From: Epiperipatus broadwayi
Lineage: Eukaryota > Animalia > Onychophora
DNA length: 64,000 nt
Reading direction: 5' to 3'
NCBI GenBank assembly: GCA_028023455.1
Contig: JAQFVV010000007.1
Span: 12,090,001-12,154,000, forward strand
Made by a program: the position numbers and the translations under genes. How positions within the stretch are numbered: the stretch's first letter is position 1; every line of letters starts with the position of its first letter. This document shows positions 24,960 to 39,654 of this stretch, piece by piece. The notes under the pieces were generated by a model that saw only the letters and a list, made by a program, of their open reading frames with translations, was not told where the DNA came from and searched no databases.

Positions 24960-27900
24960 TTCACAAGAATCTCATGCCTCCTGAGCTATGTTTGGCATAA
25001 CCCGATGATGGTAAGTAAGGTTGTAGTGAGATGGAACTCAAGTGGTGCCATTTAGAAAACCAAACATGAATTTCTAGATGCTTCCAATCTCTATGGTGCT
25101 ACATCCTCTGATGAGCAGGAAATATTGTTGTAGGTGGAGTAATATCTGCATTGGGGAATGCCAATTGAAAGTTCCTTCCTGAAATATGCTCATCAGGAAA
25201 TAGTTACAACCGATGTAAAGAGGTTGGATATGCTTGTCCGGTTACAATATATATATTTGGAAAAACAGGTCACCAAATGGCAGAACTGGCTCTGCAATCA
25301 GGGGATTGCTAGCACCCTCCATCTTTGGCCACTAGCCACTGCCTTGGCTGGTGACTGTGCAGCTTCCTGGAAATAAGGACCAAGATTTATTTTTGTCTGT
25401 TGTTATTATAAATATCTATTACAAAAGAAATTTCATTCATACACATTCATTCTGCTTTATCATGCAACTGAGAAGAAATACAATGATGTTTCTTGATCTT
25501 CAACTCGGAGATAAAAAAAAACAAAAAAACTCACAACACTGGCTAATGTGTGTTGGTGAGAAGCCCATCCATGATCATATATGTTATGAATAATCAGATA
25601 GTAATAACAGCTACAATAAAATAATACATACAGTAGACATTAGGAGTTTGCCCTGCTCTATTCCTTTCAGGCCTCCAAGATGAATCAAACAGTCTCCTTT
25701 CAGTTAACAGCAGACTTACAATTGCAAATTATCTTCAATTGAAGGAATATTGCAAGAATTGAAAGAAAAACTGTCTCATGTTAAATGGGACATTATTAAA
25801 CTTTATGAAGTTAGAAGAAAAGGTGAAGAAATAATTGATTTAAAAAGTGGACATGTACTCTACTATAAAGACACACATATTGGAAGTACAAGTGTAGTAG
25901 GATTTATTACAAATAAGAAAGTGGCAAAACAACATGTGGAGAGATTGATTGAGTATTGGATAGAAGATCAAGATTAGTTGTTCAACTTATTCGCAGATAC
26001 CAAATGCAGATAATTCAGGTTTATGCCACAATAAGTTTTCATGATTAAGTAGTAGAGTATTTTTATATGAACATACAAAAGGATTTTTATTAGATAAAAC
26101 AACATTTTAAAATTGTTATGTGAGACTTTAATAATAGAATTGGTAAACAATTGATAGATGTAAGTGCTATATGTAAATTTGATTATGGTAATAGAAATGA
26201 GACAGAACATAGATTGTGGAGTTTTCTATAAAGAAAAAACTTTATATTATGAATTCCTTTTTTGAGAAAAATGTTAAAAGGAAATGCCAAATAAAGATAC
26301 AGCAGAATAGGATTATATTTTGACTAAAAAAAATACATATTTCAAGATTGTAATGTTCTTAATAAATTCAACACAGGAAGAGATCATTGATTAATGAGAT
26401 ATAACATACATGTTAATGCAAAACTAGAAAGACGAAATTATTAAGAAAAACAATATTCAGAATTGATATTCCTAATCTTCAAAAACATTCTAATGAATTT
26501 AAATTAGAACTTACAAATCGGTTTCAAATATTAGTAGATTTTGGATATGATTCAGATTTAAAAGAAATTAATAGGAAAATAAATGATGCAACTTTAAAAA
26601 CTGCAACAAAGATAGCTGGTAGAAAAAAGCAGCAATTGACCAATAAAATTTCTACTGAGACTAGAGAATTTACAAAGAAGAAAAGGAATATGAAAATATA
26701 TAAAAATTATGCATTAAGAGGAAATGAATAACTCCAATTGTATAAAATTGTACACACAAGAGTTGATAATGATATAAAAAAGTATAATTGTAAACTAGCA
26801 AGGAAAGCTATAGAAAAGAATAAAAGGCTCAAGAGCATAAGACAACATTTTGATATTGATAGGAAACATATTTACACTAATAAAAAAGATGGATCTATTA
26901 TAAAACAGAGAGATGACTTTATGAAATAGGTAGATTTCCATCAAGAATTATATAGTAATAAAGAACAAGTACCTCCAACAAATATTATATCTTTCTCAAT
27001 TGCCCACTATTTTAAATTAAGAAGTGAGACATGTAATTACATTTTTTGAAGTAGGGAAACACTCCATGTAATGATGGAATTATAATTTATATCTTAAAAG
27101 AAGCACATACAGAAATAAAAAAAAATTTGGCATTGTTATATATCAAATTCCTGAGTAATAAAAATGTACCAAATGATTGGAATAATTCAGTATTAATATT
27201 AATATTTAAAAGGGGGATAAAGAAGATATTAGAAATTACAGACCTATCAGTCTTTTATCAGTTTTATACAAAATTTTAACCAACATAATCATAACTTTTC
27301 TTACAGCAAGAACCTTGGATTTCAGACAACCAAAAGAACAATCTGGTTTTAAAATTGGTTTTAGTACAATGGATCATATCCAAGGATTGCGATACATTAT
27401 AGGATGGTCAAATGAATATGAATTTCCATTATGCTTTGAATTTTTAGATTAAAAAAATGCATTTGATTCTATAAGCATTTCTTAAGTGATTAAAACATTG
27501 GATCTTCAAGATGTAGACCCAGGATTTTGTCATATTCTGAAGAATATTTATAAAAATGTAACAGCAACAATTAAATTACATAATGAAACTAGGAAAGTTA
27601 ACATTGAGAAGGGTGTAAGATAGGGTGACTCCATATCTCAAATTTTTTTTACAGCAGAGCTGCAAGAAGTATTTTGTGGATTAAAATGGGAAGCTAAAGG
27701 AATAAAAGTATATGGAGATTATTTAAGTCATTTAGATTTTGCAGTAGTTGTTTTTACAAATAATGCTTCACACCTTTAAGAAAAGTTGCAAAAGTTATCA
27801 GATGAAAGTAAGAAAGTAGGACTAAAGGTAAATGTTAAAAAGACTAAAGTAATGTTCAATGGATTTTTTCAAAAGATGAAAATAAAGATTGATAATGATG

Positions 27901-28490
27901 GGTTAGAAGAAGTTAACAACTACAAAACTGTGGTCAGATTATCAGTACAGATGAAAGCATAATGAATGGCCTTAATCATAGAATTAAACTTGGTTGAAAT
28001 GCTTTTAGTAGAAATTACTCAATATTAAAAGGAAATGTGCCCATATGTTTGAATAAAAAGATTTTTAATAAATGTGTTTTATCAGTTCTTACCTATGATA
28101 CTGAGATTTGACACTTAATAGAAGAGCAATATAGAGACTTTCAGACTATCAAGGAAGTATGGAGTGACACATGTTAGGAGTAACTAGAAGAGATTGGAAA
28201 ATGTAATACATGGCTAAAAGAACAAACAGGTGTTACTGACATCATTGAAAGAATTAAAAGGCTCAAGTGGAGTTGGGCTGCATATATTGCTAAAAAGATG
28301 ATAATAGATAAATAATTGAAATCTTAAACTGGATTCCAAAAGATTGTAAAAGACCAGAAAGAGATAGATGGATGATATAAGAACAAATATAGGAGTGATG
28401 TTGAGATGAAAATATAAAGATTGGAAAAGATGGATTGAATTTTGAAAGACCTTTATCTTGTTGTGGATTGATAATGGTTGATGGTAATAT
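24960..28490 (+). mobile_element. Near full-length degenerate RTE-clade non-LTR retrotransposon (5' region, APE endonuclease, RT)
   Basis: APE: KWDIIKLYEVRRKGE, IVM*DFNNRIG, GNRNETEHRL. RT: KGDKEDIRNYRPISLLSVLYK, QPKEQSGF..GFSTMDHI, GVR*GDSIS, SHLDFA, SKKVGLKVNVKKTKVM. 3' end TGGATTGATAATGGTTGATG. Many stops and frameshifts. Confidence 0.95.
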
Positions 28491-28843
28491 CTGAAAAGTT
28501 TAAATATGATTTTTAAGAATGTTTTTCATTTGTAAAATTCTAACAAATCATACCCAATTTATGCTTTATAATATTGAAAAAGATTTTAATACTAAAATTA
28601 AAATGTTGAATTACTAATTCAAATTAACGGTAAATGTAGAAATGCAGAAGGATAAATAACTAATTGTTTTTTACAACACCAGTATATATAAAAATATATT
28701 CTAAGTTATATAATGAATACATTAATGTAATATAAAAATTATATAACTTCTTTAAACTTTTGTAGCAGATACATATATTATAATGGATATCCATATTGAG
28801 ATGATCATGTTTAATGACATAAAACAACATAATAGTGTGTGCT

Positions 28844-28846
<3 letters not shown>

Positions 28847-28902
<56 letters not shown>
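28847..28902. repeat. (AT)n microsatellite
   Basis: Uninterrupted AT dinucleotide tract. Confidence 0.95.
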
Positions 28903-28908
<6 letters not shown>

Positions 28909-28914
28909 ACATAT

Positions 28915-29063
28915 TTATATATTAACCCAAATCTTCTTTTAACATTACTAACCTCTACGGAGAAATTTTCAAACAGCCGTATATTTGAAAGAACGTGGGT
29001 AAGATTAACACGATGAACCCCAAAATATGTATTTTATATATTTAACCCTCAAATCTTCGTTTT

Positions 29064-29068
<5 letters not shown>
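28915..29068 (+). repeat. ~119-bp-period direct repeat with a CpG-containing core, between two (AT)n tracts
   Basis: TTATATATTAACCC-AAATCTTC-TTTTAACAT at about 28915 and TTATATATTTAACCCTCAAATCTTCGTTTTAACAT at about 29034. Confidence 0.7.

Positions 29069-29118
<50 letters not shown>
29066..29118. repeat. (AT)n microsatellite
   Basis: Uninterrupted AT dinucleotide tract. Confidence 0.95.
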
Positions 29119-29121
<3 letters not shown>

Positions 29122-30054
29122 GACCTTCTGAATGGGCACAAATAATTAAATCATACTGTGTCAGTGGTGAATAACTGCATTTAACTAAAAAAAAAAGTGA
29201 AATAGCGCTAAAATTTTAATTTTTTTTGTTAATGGTCTAAAACCTTATGTGAGAGTTGCTCATGAATGTTAGTTGGAAATTTTATCAGCATTTAGTATTA
29301 TTATTATTATAATAATAATGCAAGAAAGGGGGGTTAGATTATTACAGGAATTGTTGATATGCAAGTTAAGTTGATGTAAATTTGTTTTATTTATTTGTAG
29401 AATAGTGTTTGGTATTTGTTTAGATGTTTTTCTGATCTGTTTATTTATTGGCACATTCATCTATGTATAAATAATGTAATCATTGAAATATGTTTAACCC
29501 ATAGCCATATCAGTCATATTTTAGGCAGGATAATTTAGTATTCATATAGCAGTATATGTGTATGCATGTCTGGCTGTATCATCTTTCAATTTCATTTTCA
29601 TATTTAATTGCAATATAGAATTTTACATTTTACAATAAAACATTTAAAATTACAGCAAATATCTCTAATAACAGATGTAAATATATTTTAAATGATTAAT
29701 GAATATCTGGGTTGGTAAATTATTTGACAAACTAAATTGTGTTATCCACCATTTTATTTACTAGCTAATTAATATTTATTTATTTCAAAAGTATAAAAAG
29801 TTATTTATTTTTATTTGTTTTATTCGGTTTGATTTAATTTAGAAAATCAAAATGATTTTTTTTTCAAGTAAAGATTTCTTGAATATTTGTTCTTTAATTA
29901 ACTGAGTGCAAAGGGTGGAGTAGGGTGACTTCTTGATTGATGGAAAGGAAATGTATTTAAGTGATAGTTAGTAATAGATTATTATCTATTCATTTATTCT
30001 TTCATTATTATTCATTAAATTATTGATTCTGTTTCTGCCACCTCTTCTATGTAC

Positions 30055-30096
30055 CTGGTTTTTCCAATCTCTTCCAGAAATCAAGTCAGTTAAACT
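30055..30096 (-). CDS. Candidate 42-nt exon (SLTDLISGRDWKNQ), phase 0-0
   Basis: Acceptor TTTTTTTTTAAATTTACACTTTAG, donor CAG|GTACAT, open frame. Confidence 0.35.
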
Positions 30097-32889
30097 CTAA
30101 AGTGTAAATTTAAAAAAAAATTTTTTTATAAAATTCAGTGTGAGAATTCTAGCTACCAGACAGCTTTAAGAAAGGATATCAGGCTAATTTATTCAAAAGA
30201 TATATTTTCTTCACTTTCCACTCAATTAAACATTAAATTAACCCTATCGTTTTAAAATGTATTTATATGATGATAACTTTAATCTACTTTGTTTGCCTAT
30301 GTCTATCATTATTATTAAAAAAAATGAAATTGTGTGAACATTCTAGAGTCTTTTAAGGAAATTGTGTGAAATTTATCATCTTTTAAGAAAATTTATGCAG
30401 GACTGCTTAACAAAATCTACCATAGACTTTACATTTAAATTCTCTTCTAATTATATAAAAGTTAAGTTAAAATGGAAGGATATGAGTATAATTTATTGTG
30501 CTGTATATTTGAACTACTACATGATAATAATTATGCTTATTATTCATGCTTATAAATTAATTTATTAAAGATGTGAATGCATGGCTTACAAATAATTAAC
30601 TAATTACTAGTATTTATTTAATGTGTACATGTTTAAGTCAAATAGAAGAACATTAATATTATATATTTCTTGTTTTCCTTGGTATGTGGACTTATTATAA
30701 AAGAAAAATGTTATTGCTTAAGGAATTGTAGATTTTATGTGAATAATTAATTAGCAACAGACCAAAATAATTATATTTGTGCTAACTTATGAAGTTTATG
30801 GGAAGCCAATATTTTTTTAGAAACCTGCAAAAGTTACTGCTAAATAAAAATGAATTACAGAATTCATTAAATGATCAATACCAAACAGATACATAGCTGA
30901 AACTATCTATCTATATCTCTGTTATTATAAAAGTTTATTACACACGCTATATTAGTGAACTCAATTAGCTATTGCTAAGAACATTTGAGATTGTTGAATT
31001 AAACCTGATTTGTCAATGTTTATTTTATAGGAATTTGTCTCCATGTTAACTAACACATACTCATCTGAAATCATTGTCCTTGTCTTCGCATTGTTCAGAA
31101 AACTTTATATTTAAAAAACTTTGCAAGTGAATTTTTTTAAAAGCTAAAAGAAGAGTGACTTTTTTCTTTTTATTGTTGCTATTGATTTACCATAAATAGA
31201 TAGATATATTTATTATTTATGTATTTGCTTATTTAATTCATGCTATTTCATTGACTTCAAGAACGTCTCGGATAGTGTGTTGCAAGTTGCAATACACCGG
31301 AAATGATTATTAGTTAAATAGAATTTCTATGTGCATTATATATATATATACTTTTGTGTGTTTTATTGAAGAGAAGTATTTTTTTTATTTATTTAATGTC
31401 TCGAAGTGAGCAATTGGCTTAGAAAGTAATAAATGTATGAACAATAAATATTGTTATCAGAAATGGTGAAATTTGTTGACAATAACTACTGTCATTTAAA
31501 AATTTTAAAACAGCTAGTAATTTGTCACAAACTAAAAGTTTTATTTTCAGTTTACCATTTACTTTACCATAATATTCATGTATTATATAATTTGAAGTTA
31601 TTTTCATGCTCTTATGTGAACGTATGGTGTGTCTGTCTTATGCATTTATTTCATATAATTAGTAAATATTCAGTTTTATAACTGTTTTTCTTTCTGTTAA
31701 TTTTGGATAATGCCATATGCTAAAAGAATTGATAAAAATTAGTGACATTTCTGTATGTGTATTTATTTTTCACTGTATAAAATGAAATATATGGAGTAGC
31801 TATGAGAAAGAAAGTCATTCATGATATGTTCTATGTAGATTTGGATTGAGAACTCTCTCCCTTAATATATCTAAGTATTTGCCATGAGTGAAGTATATTC
31901 CTAGATTGCATACATATGCATTATAAAAATGATATTTTATGAAGTTGAGTAGTATATGTCCCTTCTATTCTGGTGGTTAGACAGAGTCCCACACCAATAG
32001 TATACCTCAAAGTTAGATGGGAATTCATTATTTGTCATTAGATTTATTAATCAAGAAGCTTGTTTATTCCTCATGTGCTTAAATTTTTCTTGAATGTTTA
32101 TTTTTGTGTTATCATAGAATCATAGCTATATGTAATGTAGTTGGCAGTTAAATAAATGGTAAGATTAAATTCTTTATGGAATATTAAATCAGAAATAGTG
32201 TTATATTTGTTGGTTGTTCTATGGCATTATCTGTATTATAATACTTATTTAGCAATTCATAAGTAAACTAACAAGATGTAAATATATTGATTTTGTCTTA
32301 ATTATAGCTTAAGATGTAACACACACATAATGCAAATAATCTCGCAGACATGAAAGTATAATACTGTTAAATTTATACATCAGGAATTAAATATTTTGAA
32401 TTATATCATGTTAATTTACTGCAAACTTTAAATCATCAGAATGATTACTTTTATTTGGAATGTGTGAAAAGTATAGATATTTAAAGGAGTTATTTGATTG
32501 AGCTATTTAAGGTTACTCTCTTGACATCCAAAATTACTAATTTGTTTTATCCAAGTAATTGATAGTGCGACCTCTCCAACTTGTATATTTGTGCCCATAA
32601 TATGATATTTAATTACCCAGTGTTGTTTGCTAAAAAAAAAGATGTTAGAGTTAATTAACAGCCTAAATATATTCAAAGATAGAATATGAGAACATTATTT
32701 TATTTGTTAATTCATGTCTGGTAAACGTCTAGTCAAGAAATGATAAAAAAGTGTAACAAAAGAGATATCAAACCCAGATTAGTAAATGTATGTGTAAATT
32801 TAAGGATTAGGACAAATAGTCCCAGTGTAAGCTAATTATATCTATTTTAATTGCAAATGTAAATAAATGCTTTATTTATTATTAAAAAC

Positions 32890-32937
32890 CTTGTCTCCAG
32901 TTGTTCTTATATGCATTCGTATTCTAGTTTCCACATT
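32890..32937 (-). CDS. Candidate 48-nt exon (NVETRIRMHIRTTGDK), phase 0-0
   Basis: Acceptor ...AATATGTAG, weak donor AAG|GTTTTT; only frame 0 is open. Confidence 0.25.
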
Positions 32938-33854
32938 CTACATATTTATTACAACATAAATGCATTACTTTGTAAATTTGATAATAAACATACTGAAATC
33001 TGATAATATTGTTTTTTTGATCCAGACATTATGTGAAATACTTTACCATTTGGTAAACTAATAAAAAGGTTGTATACCCAGTTTATTATTTAGACAATGA
33101 TGTGAGATTAAATGGTACCCTATTTCCTTCATTATCTAATTGCTAGTCCAGTGAAACATCACCCAATTTATTCAATTATTATTACTTTTTTATTACAATA
33201 GTTATAAGTTATTGTGTAATAGAATTTTTTTAATCAAATCGTATTAAAGATTCCCTGAGATCTGATTTCCTAGTTTCAAATTAATATAAATTTAGCTATT
33301 TAGATTAAGACATACTAGATAGTGGAGTTATTTAATATCATGTTTTTATGTTAAAGTTATATTGTAGTTAATCTACAAGTGTATTTAGATGATGGAAGAA
33401 ATCAAATTAAAATTATAGTTTATTGGCTTGAATAAATGAAACTTTATTGATTTCTATCATTTGGTTGATTAACAAATGAGGCATATATCTTGTCTTAATC
33501 ATCAATATTATTTCTTCCTTCATTTATTTATATTCTGTATATTCTTAACTTTCTATAACCCTCCACTGAGCTAAGCTGTAAATCAGGCATAAGTAGAAGC
33601 AAAATATAATTGTTAACTTATTCTATTCATTAATAGAATTGGCACCCTTGGCATTTGCTCATATACAAATTTTAAACAATATATTCTTTACTGGAAGTAC
33701 TTTCGATTGTATCACTGACAATCTTTATCAACCATTAATATTCCAGTAAAGAATAAATTGTTTAAAATTTGAATACTATATTAAATAAATTTGTTTGAAT
33801 TATTATTATATGATTTAAAATACAGACATTTATTAGTTATAGTTATTTATATAT

Positions 33855-34120
33855 ATAAAATTAAGAGCATGCTAATAAACTTAAACAGATATTTTTTAAA
33901 AGTTTTTTATGATAGTAGCCTGCAAGAGAAGGCATTCAAATGATCTTTATCTAGGATTGTCCCTATCCCCAGACCAGTTTTGAGTTATGACTCTCTTCAG
34001 TGAAACTGGGCTGGGGATAGGGACAATCTTAGAAAAAGATTATTTGAATGCCTTCTCTTGTAGTAGCATTTATCATAAAAATGTATTAAAAAAGCTTGTT
34101 TAGAGCTTATTAACACTCTC
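33855..34120. repeat. Long inverted repeat (~125-bp arms, short loop)
   Basis: CAAGAGAAGGCATTCAAATGATCTTTATCTAGGATTGTCCCTATCCCCAGACCAGTTT versus AAACTGGGCTGGGGATAGGGACAATCTTAGAAAAAGATTATTTGAATGCCTTCTCTTG; outer AAAATTAAGAG/CTCTTAATTTT. Confidence 0.9.
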
Positions 34121-34614
34121 TTAATTTTACATATTTGTAAATACAAGTTATTTGTAAGTCATGTGACATCTGACTTTCTATTATATATATATATATAAAG
34201 TAGACAGAAAAAGTACAAATGAACACTAACAAAATTTCATATAGATATTTAGTTAAAATATACACACTGAAAAAATAGATTAATCATTAAGTAATAATTT
34301 TGATACTTAAAATTATTAGAAGTTATTGTATTTTAAAGCAAGCATTAACAAAAGGTCTATTTAATGTTTTATTTAATTTTGATTTTGATAATTTAAAAAA
34401 ATCTAAAACAAGCTTAAAATTATTTCCATTATTAATTGGATTAAGTAAGATTTTTTAAAATCAAAACTACTTTTGATAAATGAAAATTATTATAATATAT
34501 TTTGATTTTAAATTATTCAATCTGACTTTGTGTGAAGTATTAAGAAATTTTTTAGATAAAAATGGTTTTTGATTAATGTGAATTTAAAAGAGTTTTTTTT
34601 TTAAAAAAAAAAAC

Positions 34615-35665
34615 AAGCAAAACTCACCATACAGTAGTGCCACCTAGTGCAAGCCAGAGTAATCAATGGATGCAAGAAGGCTTGTGCATAAAATCCCTAT
34701 ATAGTGCCTAGTCATCCAATATCCCCAGACTAGTTTCTGACTTGTGACCTTCATCAGTGAAAAGCCTTGGATCTGAGAGCACTGCACTTCTAGATCTTAG
34801 GATCTAATGCAACCCTCCAGCAGCCACCTTTCATCTCTACTTAACTACAAAACTATGAGAATAAATTTGAAAACACAATAATATTTTCAATCTAAGCTCA
34901 TTAGCTTATTTAGTCATATAGGTCTGAACTCAGTTCAGTACTCAGACATTATGGTATCTTTGGTTTTTTAATAACCGTAACCACAACTATCCTATTAGAC
35001 AGGATTAGTATTAAACCACTAAACATCACATGATCACCATTTCTTATGCTTGCTCATAACTGTAATTAAAACAGGCAAAATCTCCATACAGTAGTGCCAC
35101 TCAGTGCAAGCCAGTGTAATCAATAGTTGCCAGAAGGCTTGTGTATAAAATCCCTGTCTAGTGCCTACTCATCCAATATCCCCAGATTACTTTCATGTGA
35201 TGTTTAGTAGTGGTTTACTACCAATCCTGTCTAATAGGATAGTGGTGGCTATGGTTATTAAAGAACCAAAGACATCAAAATGTATGGGTACTGAACTGAG
35301 TTCAGACCTATATGACTATATTAGCTAATGAGCTTAGATTGAAAATATTGTGTTTTCAATTTTATTCTCATAGTTTTGTAGTTAAGTAGAGATAAAAGGT
35401 GGCTGCTGTCAGGTTGCATTAGTTCCTAAGATCTAAGTGCAGTACTCTCAGATACAAGGCTCCTCATTGATGAAGGTGACAAGCCAGAAACTAGTCTGAG
35501 AATATTGGATGAATAGTTACTAAATAGGGATTTTATGCACAAGCCTTCTGGCATCCATTGACTACTCTGGCTTGCACTGAGTGGCATTACAGTATGAAGA
35601 GTTATGCCTGTTTTTATAACAGTTATGAGAAAGCATAAGAAATGGTGATCATGGGATGTTTAGTA
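34615..35665. repeat. Family A foldback array (period 457 bp; about 1.2 units forward, about 1 unit inverted)
   Basis: CCATACAGTAGTGCCAC at 34627 and 35084; inversion junction near 35190; the rest is the reverse complement of the unit. Confidence 0.92.
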
Positions 35666-37189
35666 GTTTTTTTTTTCAAGATTAAAAAAAAACTTTATAA
35701 GATTAAAATTGTTTTTATAGTGTTTGAAATTCCACCATACAATATGATAAGTGGGTTGGAAAGAAAAATGGAATATTATTGTTACAAAGAGCAAACAGAT
35801 GTGGTGTGCAAGCCAGTTGTTGCTAGTATCTTAATGGTCAATTTAAATTCACTTGAAAGTAAGGGACAGATTTTCTGTGATTCATGTCCCACATGCATGT
35901 ACTACTAAATGGCTTGCCTGCCCAATTTCTTACTGACTGACAACATTTACCTGATATATACATTTTCGAAAATGTCAATATGTCAGTATACTACTCTATC
36001 ATGGACATGGTTATACTAGCCCAGCTTACTGACAGCTTCCATTATTAACCTGCTTACTGAAATATTACCATGCTATAATTTCATACATATACTGATTTAT
36101 CTATATGCAAAGAAGCATAAACATATAATTACTTCTAGTCATATAAAATGGTCCGTGCTTATATTTTTTTCATGAATAATAATAGTAAGGACTGATCAAA
36201 GAAATTAGCTTTTGAGTAGAATATATTACATATTAAAAATCACATTCCTCAATCATTAATTTTGCAGTGAAAGAAAATCAAATTCTATTTATTGCCCATA
36301 AGAAAATATTTAACATGGAGTGTATTAATGAAGAATAAATAATTTTGAATTAAATTTACGCAATTAATTGATATTAATAAATTTGAGAAAGTTTCTTAAA
36401 GTTAGAGGGCAAAAATTAGAAAAAAGAACTTTCCAGCAACACTTTAAAAAAAAGAAGATATTTACAATTAAGAATAATCTGGAAAAAAAAAAATTATGCA
36501 GAATTTTAAAATAATATTTTGTGTGCGTGTTTTTTTTTTAAAAAAGAAAACTTTTGTTCAACATTTTAAAAAAGATAACTTATTATTATTATTTTAATTT
36601 AATTGTTGTTATTGGAGTTCGCCACTATCTGGGATTCCTTTAACACAATTATACTTGCATTTTAGTTTTAAAGCTAAAACAAATAACGAAATTCAACAAA
36701 ATCTTACATGGAAAAATACATCTTTTGTCATCTTTCTGGTTAATGTTATAAGAAATAAGTCTAAACTTGACATATTAAAATAAATTATAGTAAAATGGTG
36801 TGAAGTTTTGATATACCACCAACATGAAACAGGTGTTATAGCTTACTTATGGTACTCTGCCATGGTTTAACACAACTTGTCTTCAGAAGATAAGCAAATA
36901 TTTTCCAATTGCTTTAATATTTTCTTGTTTTTATATTTTAATTATCTTACCAGTTTCTTATAGAAGGAAGAGGTTCTAGACATTTTATAGTGGCTTAAAT
37001 GAGTTCACGACTACTGAGTTATGAAACAGCTACATATACTTTAATATTTTTTGATTTTATCTCTTATTTTATACTGAAATGCATACCAAGTACTGGTTTA
37101 ATGTGGAGAACAGAAAATATGGATCAGAAAACTGGATTAAAGATGTATTTGATTCTTCATTGATTATTATTCCTATCCTATACTGAAAT

Positions 37190-37305
37190 ACATATTGAAT
37201 GTTGATATGATGTGAAGAAGAGAGGATACAGATAAAAAAAAAAACTGGATTAAAATTGGAAAGACCATTTCACAATGGATTGATGATAATTAAAAATGAT
37301 GATTA
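37190..37305 (+). mobile_element. RTE 3'-end fragment
   Basis: ATGTGAAGAAGAGAG...GAAAGACC...CAATGGATTGATGATAAT...GATGAT matches the 3' end at 28400-28490. Confidence 0.6.
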
Positions 37306-38399
37306 TAGTACCAAGATTCACCTCTTGTTTTTTAATAATTTTATATAATAAGAGTATATAAATTTCTCTTTTTTATATAAGAATGAGTTTATTAATACAT
37401 ATTTATTTAATAACAATAGGAAGTGGGATTAAATGTATATATATAAATAGTTGTCTCTACACACAGAAACAAATCTTAGAAATGTTTAATATTAGCAAAA
37501 TGGCAATTGCCTTATTCAATTTATTATAGCAAAAAATACATTTCTCCTTTATGTACATTAGTGCCCCCTTTTATGAGCTTGAGAAATATTGTGGTTATCA
37601 GATAGTAATGCAATTGAATCCCATTTCCAGAAATCTATCTTTTACTTTTATGCATAAGGTCTTAGATTCAAAGCTGAAACAAATGGGGTTTTGAACATGA
37701 CATTATCTTTAACATAATTTTTACTATCAAGTTAATAACTTGAAATTTTTTAAAAAACATTTAATTTGTGAATCAAATTTTTCTTACAATAGGTGGAGCA
37801 AAAGAACATTGTTTTTGAAAAAAATCAAATACCATTGCATAGGTATTAAAATTCTTGGATAAGAAATAAATGGTCTGAACCATAAGGATAGAAGAGATTC
37901 TACAAAAAGTTACTGACCTCCATATATAGCACATAACTTATTCAAGAGACTTATTATGTTTACAAAATCTTTAGAGTTTTTTTTAAATTTAGACTATTCA
38001 CAGAGATTATCAGATGTGTAATCACATTGGTTCCTAATTTGAATCCTCACTCCTGATTTGTAAAAGCAAGATCCTGAAAACAAGCTGGATGAATGGATTA
38101 CATTGCCCTAACATGTGAGAAGTACTGACTATTCAATTATCAACAGATATTGGCAGAGCAGAAAAAAGAAAAATGCTCTTGGATAAACATATTCTCCAAA
38201 ATAATTTTCTATTTCTCTACACTACAAGTGTCTGTTGCCAGATATAACATAAAATTCAATTCCTATTGAAATTTATACAAATAGATGTGAAGAATGGTTT
38301 TGTTTTTATTTTATAATCTTAATCAATTACATTTATTGTATAGTAATATAGTGGATTTGAACACAGAATTTCAATTGCCTTCAGCTAGCCATTCTATCT

Positions 38400-38890
38400 C
38401 ATACAATTGATGTATGTACTCCATGTGGAAGCAGCCCTCATCAGTTGGTTCAGAAATCATCTTCCACACACATATATAATCAGTGCTCGATTTATATTAG
38501 ATAGCAACCCATCACACTTTAATGGCCAGACTTCAATCTATTCCACCCTCCAACTTTTCAGTCATCCTTACCAATGAAAATCTATATATGAGGGGTCATA
38601 GTGACAAAAGATCAATGTGGGCTTGAAAATAATATTGGCATTAACAATAGATTTTGGCATTCCATCATCAGATTTTCAATGATATGGATGGCTGAAGAGT
38701 TGGAGGGTGGAGTAGATTGAAGCCTATTGATTAAAGCATGAATATTTGCTATCTTAATATAATCTGAGTACTGATTATATATATATGTGTGTGGAAAATA
38801 ATGATCTGGACCAACTTATGACTGCTGGTTTAGCACAAAATACTTACATTGAAGATCAGTTATCTTTTTCACATGTGTGTTATCATGTGT
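38400..38890. repeat. Family B foldback
   Basis: CTTCAATCTATTCCACCCTCCAACTTTTCAGTCATCC is inverted as GGATGGCTGAAGAGTTGGAGGGTGGAGTAGATTGAAG; arms extend about 190 bp; same unit as 57250-58445. Confidence 0.9.
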
Positions 38891-39654
38891 AATGGTTGTA
38901 TGAGATAGAGAAGAGAGTTTGCAAGTCTTTGTTCCTATTATCTATGTTTATCTAGACTCCAGGTATATAATATGAACTTTTATTTAATAAATTTATTGTA
39001 TAGATAAACGTGCTGTGAAATTTAAGACTGCATATTGGTTTTTGTTTCAAAATAATAGTTAGCAATGATTTTTTTTTTCCTTTCATTTCAATCAGTATAT
39101 TACTCAAGGCTTGTCTATATAATATCTTTTATATTTTGACTTGTTAGAATGCATTTGAGGTATAAGAGAAATTAAAATGTCCTAGTGTTATAAATCGTCT
39201 AAGGTAATCTTATCGTTATATGAATAACCTCATTATTACTGCCGTCAATATGTATATTGTCTTATGGATAATTCTGGACTAATTATCACTACTACTTTTA
39301 TTATAATTAATTTAAAATATTCCTTTCATAACAGTCTTCCACCCTACATCTAACTAAATTTTGAAGCTGAATACATTATTAAGTAAATAGTATAACTGGA
39401 TTAATATAATAAATCAGCTGATCTCAACCTTTTAGTATTTGAGACCCAACATTCCATATCAGCATTAATTCACCTTTCTTTCAATGATTTTTCAGAGCCC
39501 TGCAATTTTAAATAATTAATATCAAAATAATTTCTGTTACTTATACATACTTATCTATTTTTAAGCGTGACGTTTTATTTTTATTTTAACAGAATATATC
39601 TTTTCTTAATTTGGTTTCAATAATTAGTTTTCTGAAGAAGAGATCGAAAACACA

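Noticed and set aside
34590-35690. TSDs around the older A and B foldbacks
   Set aside because: Only homopolymer or 8-bp-or-shorter matches were found, indistinguishable from chance.
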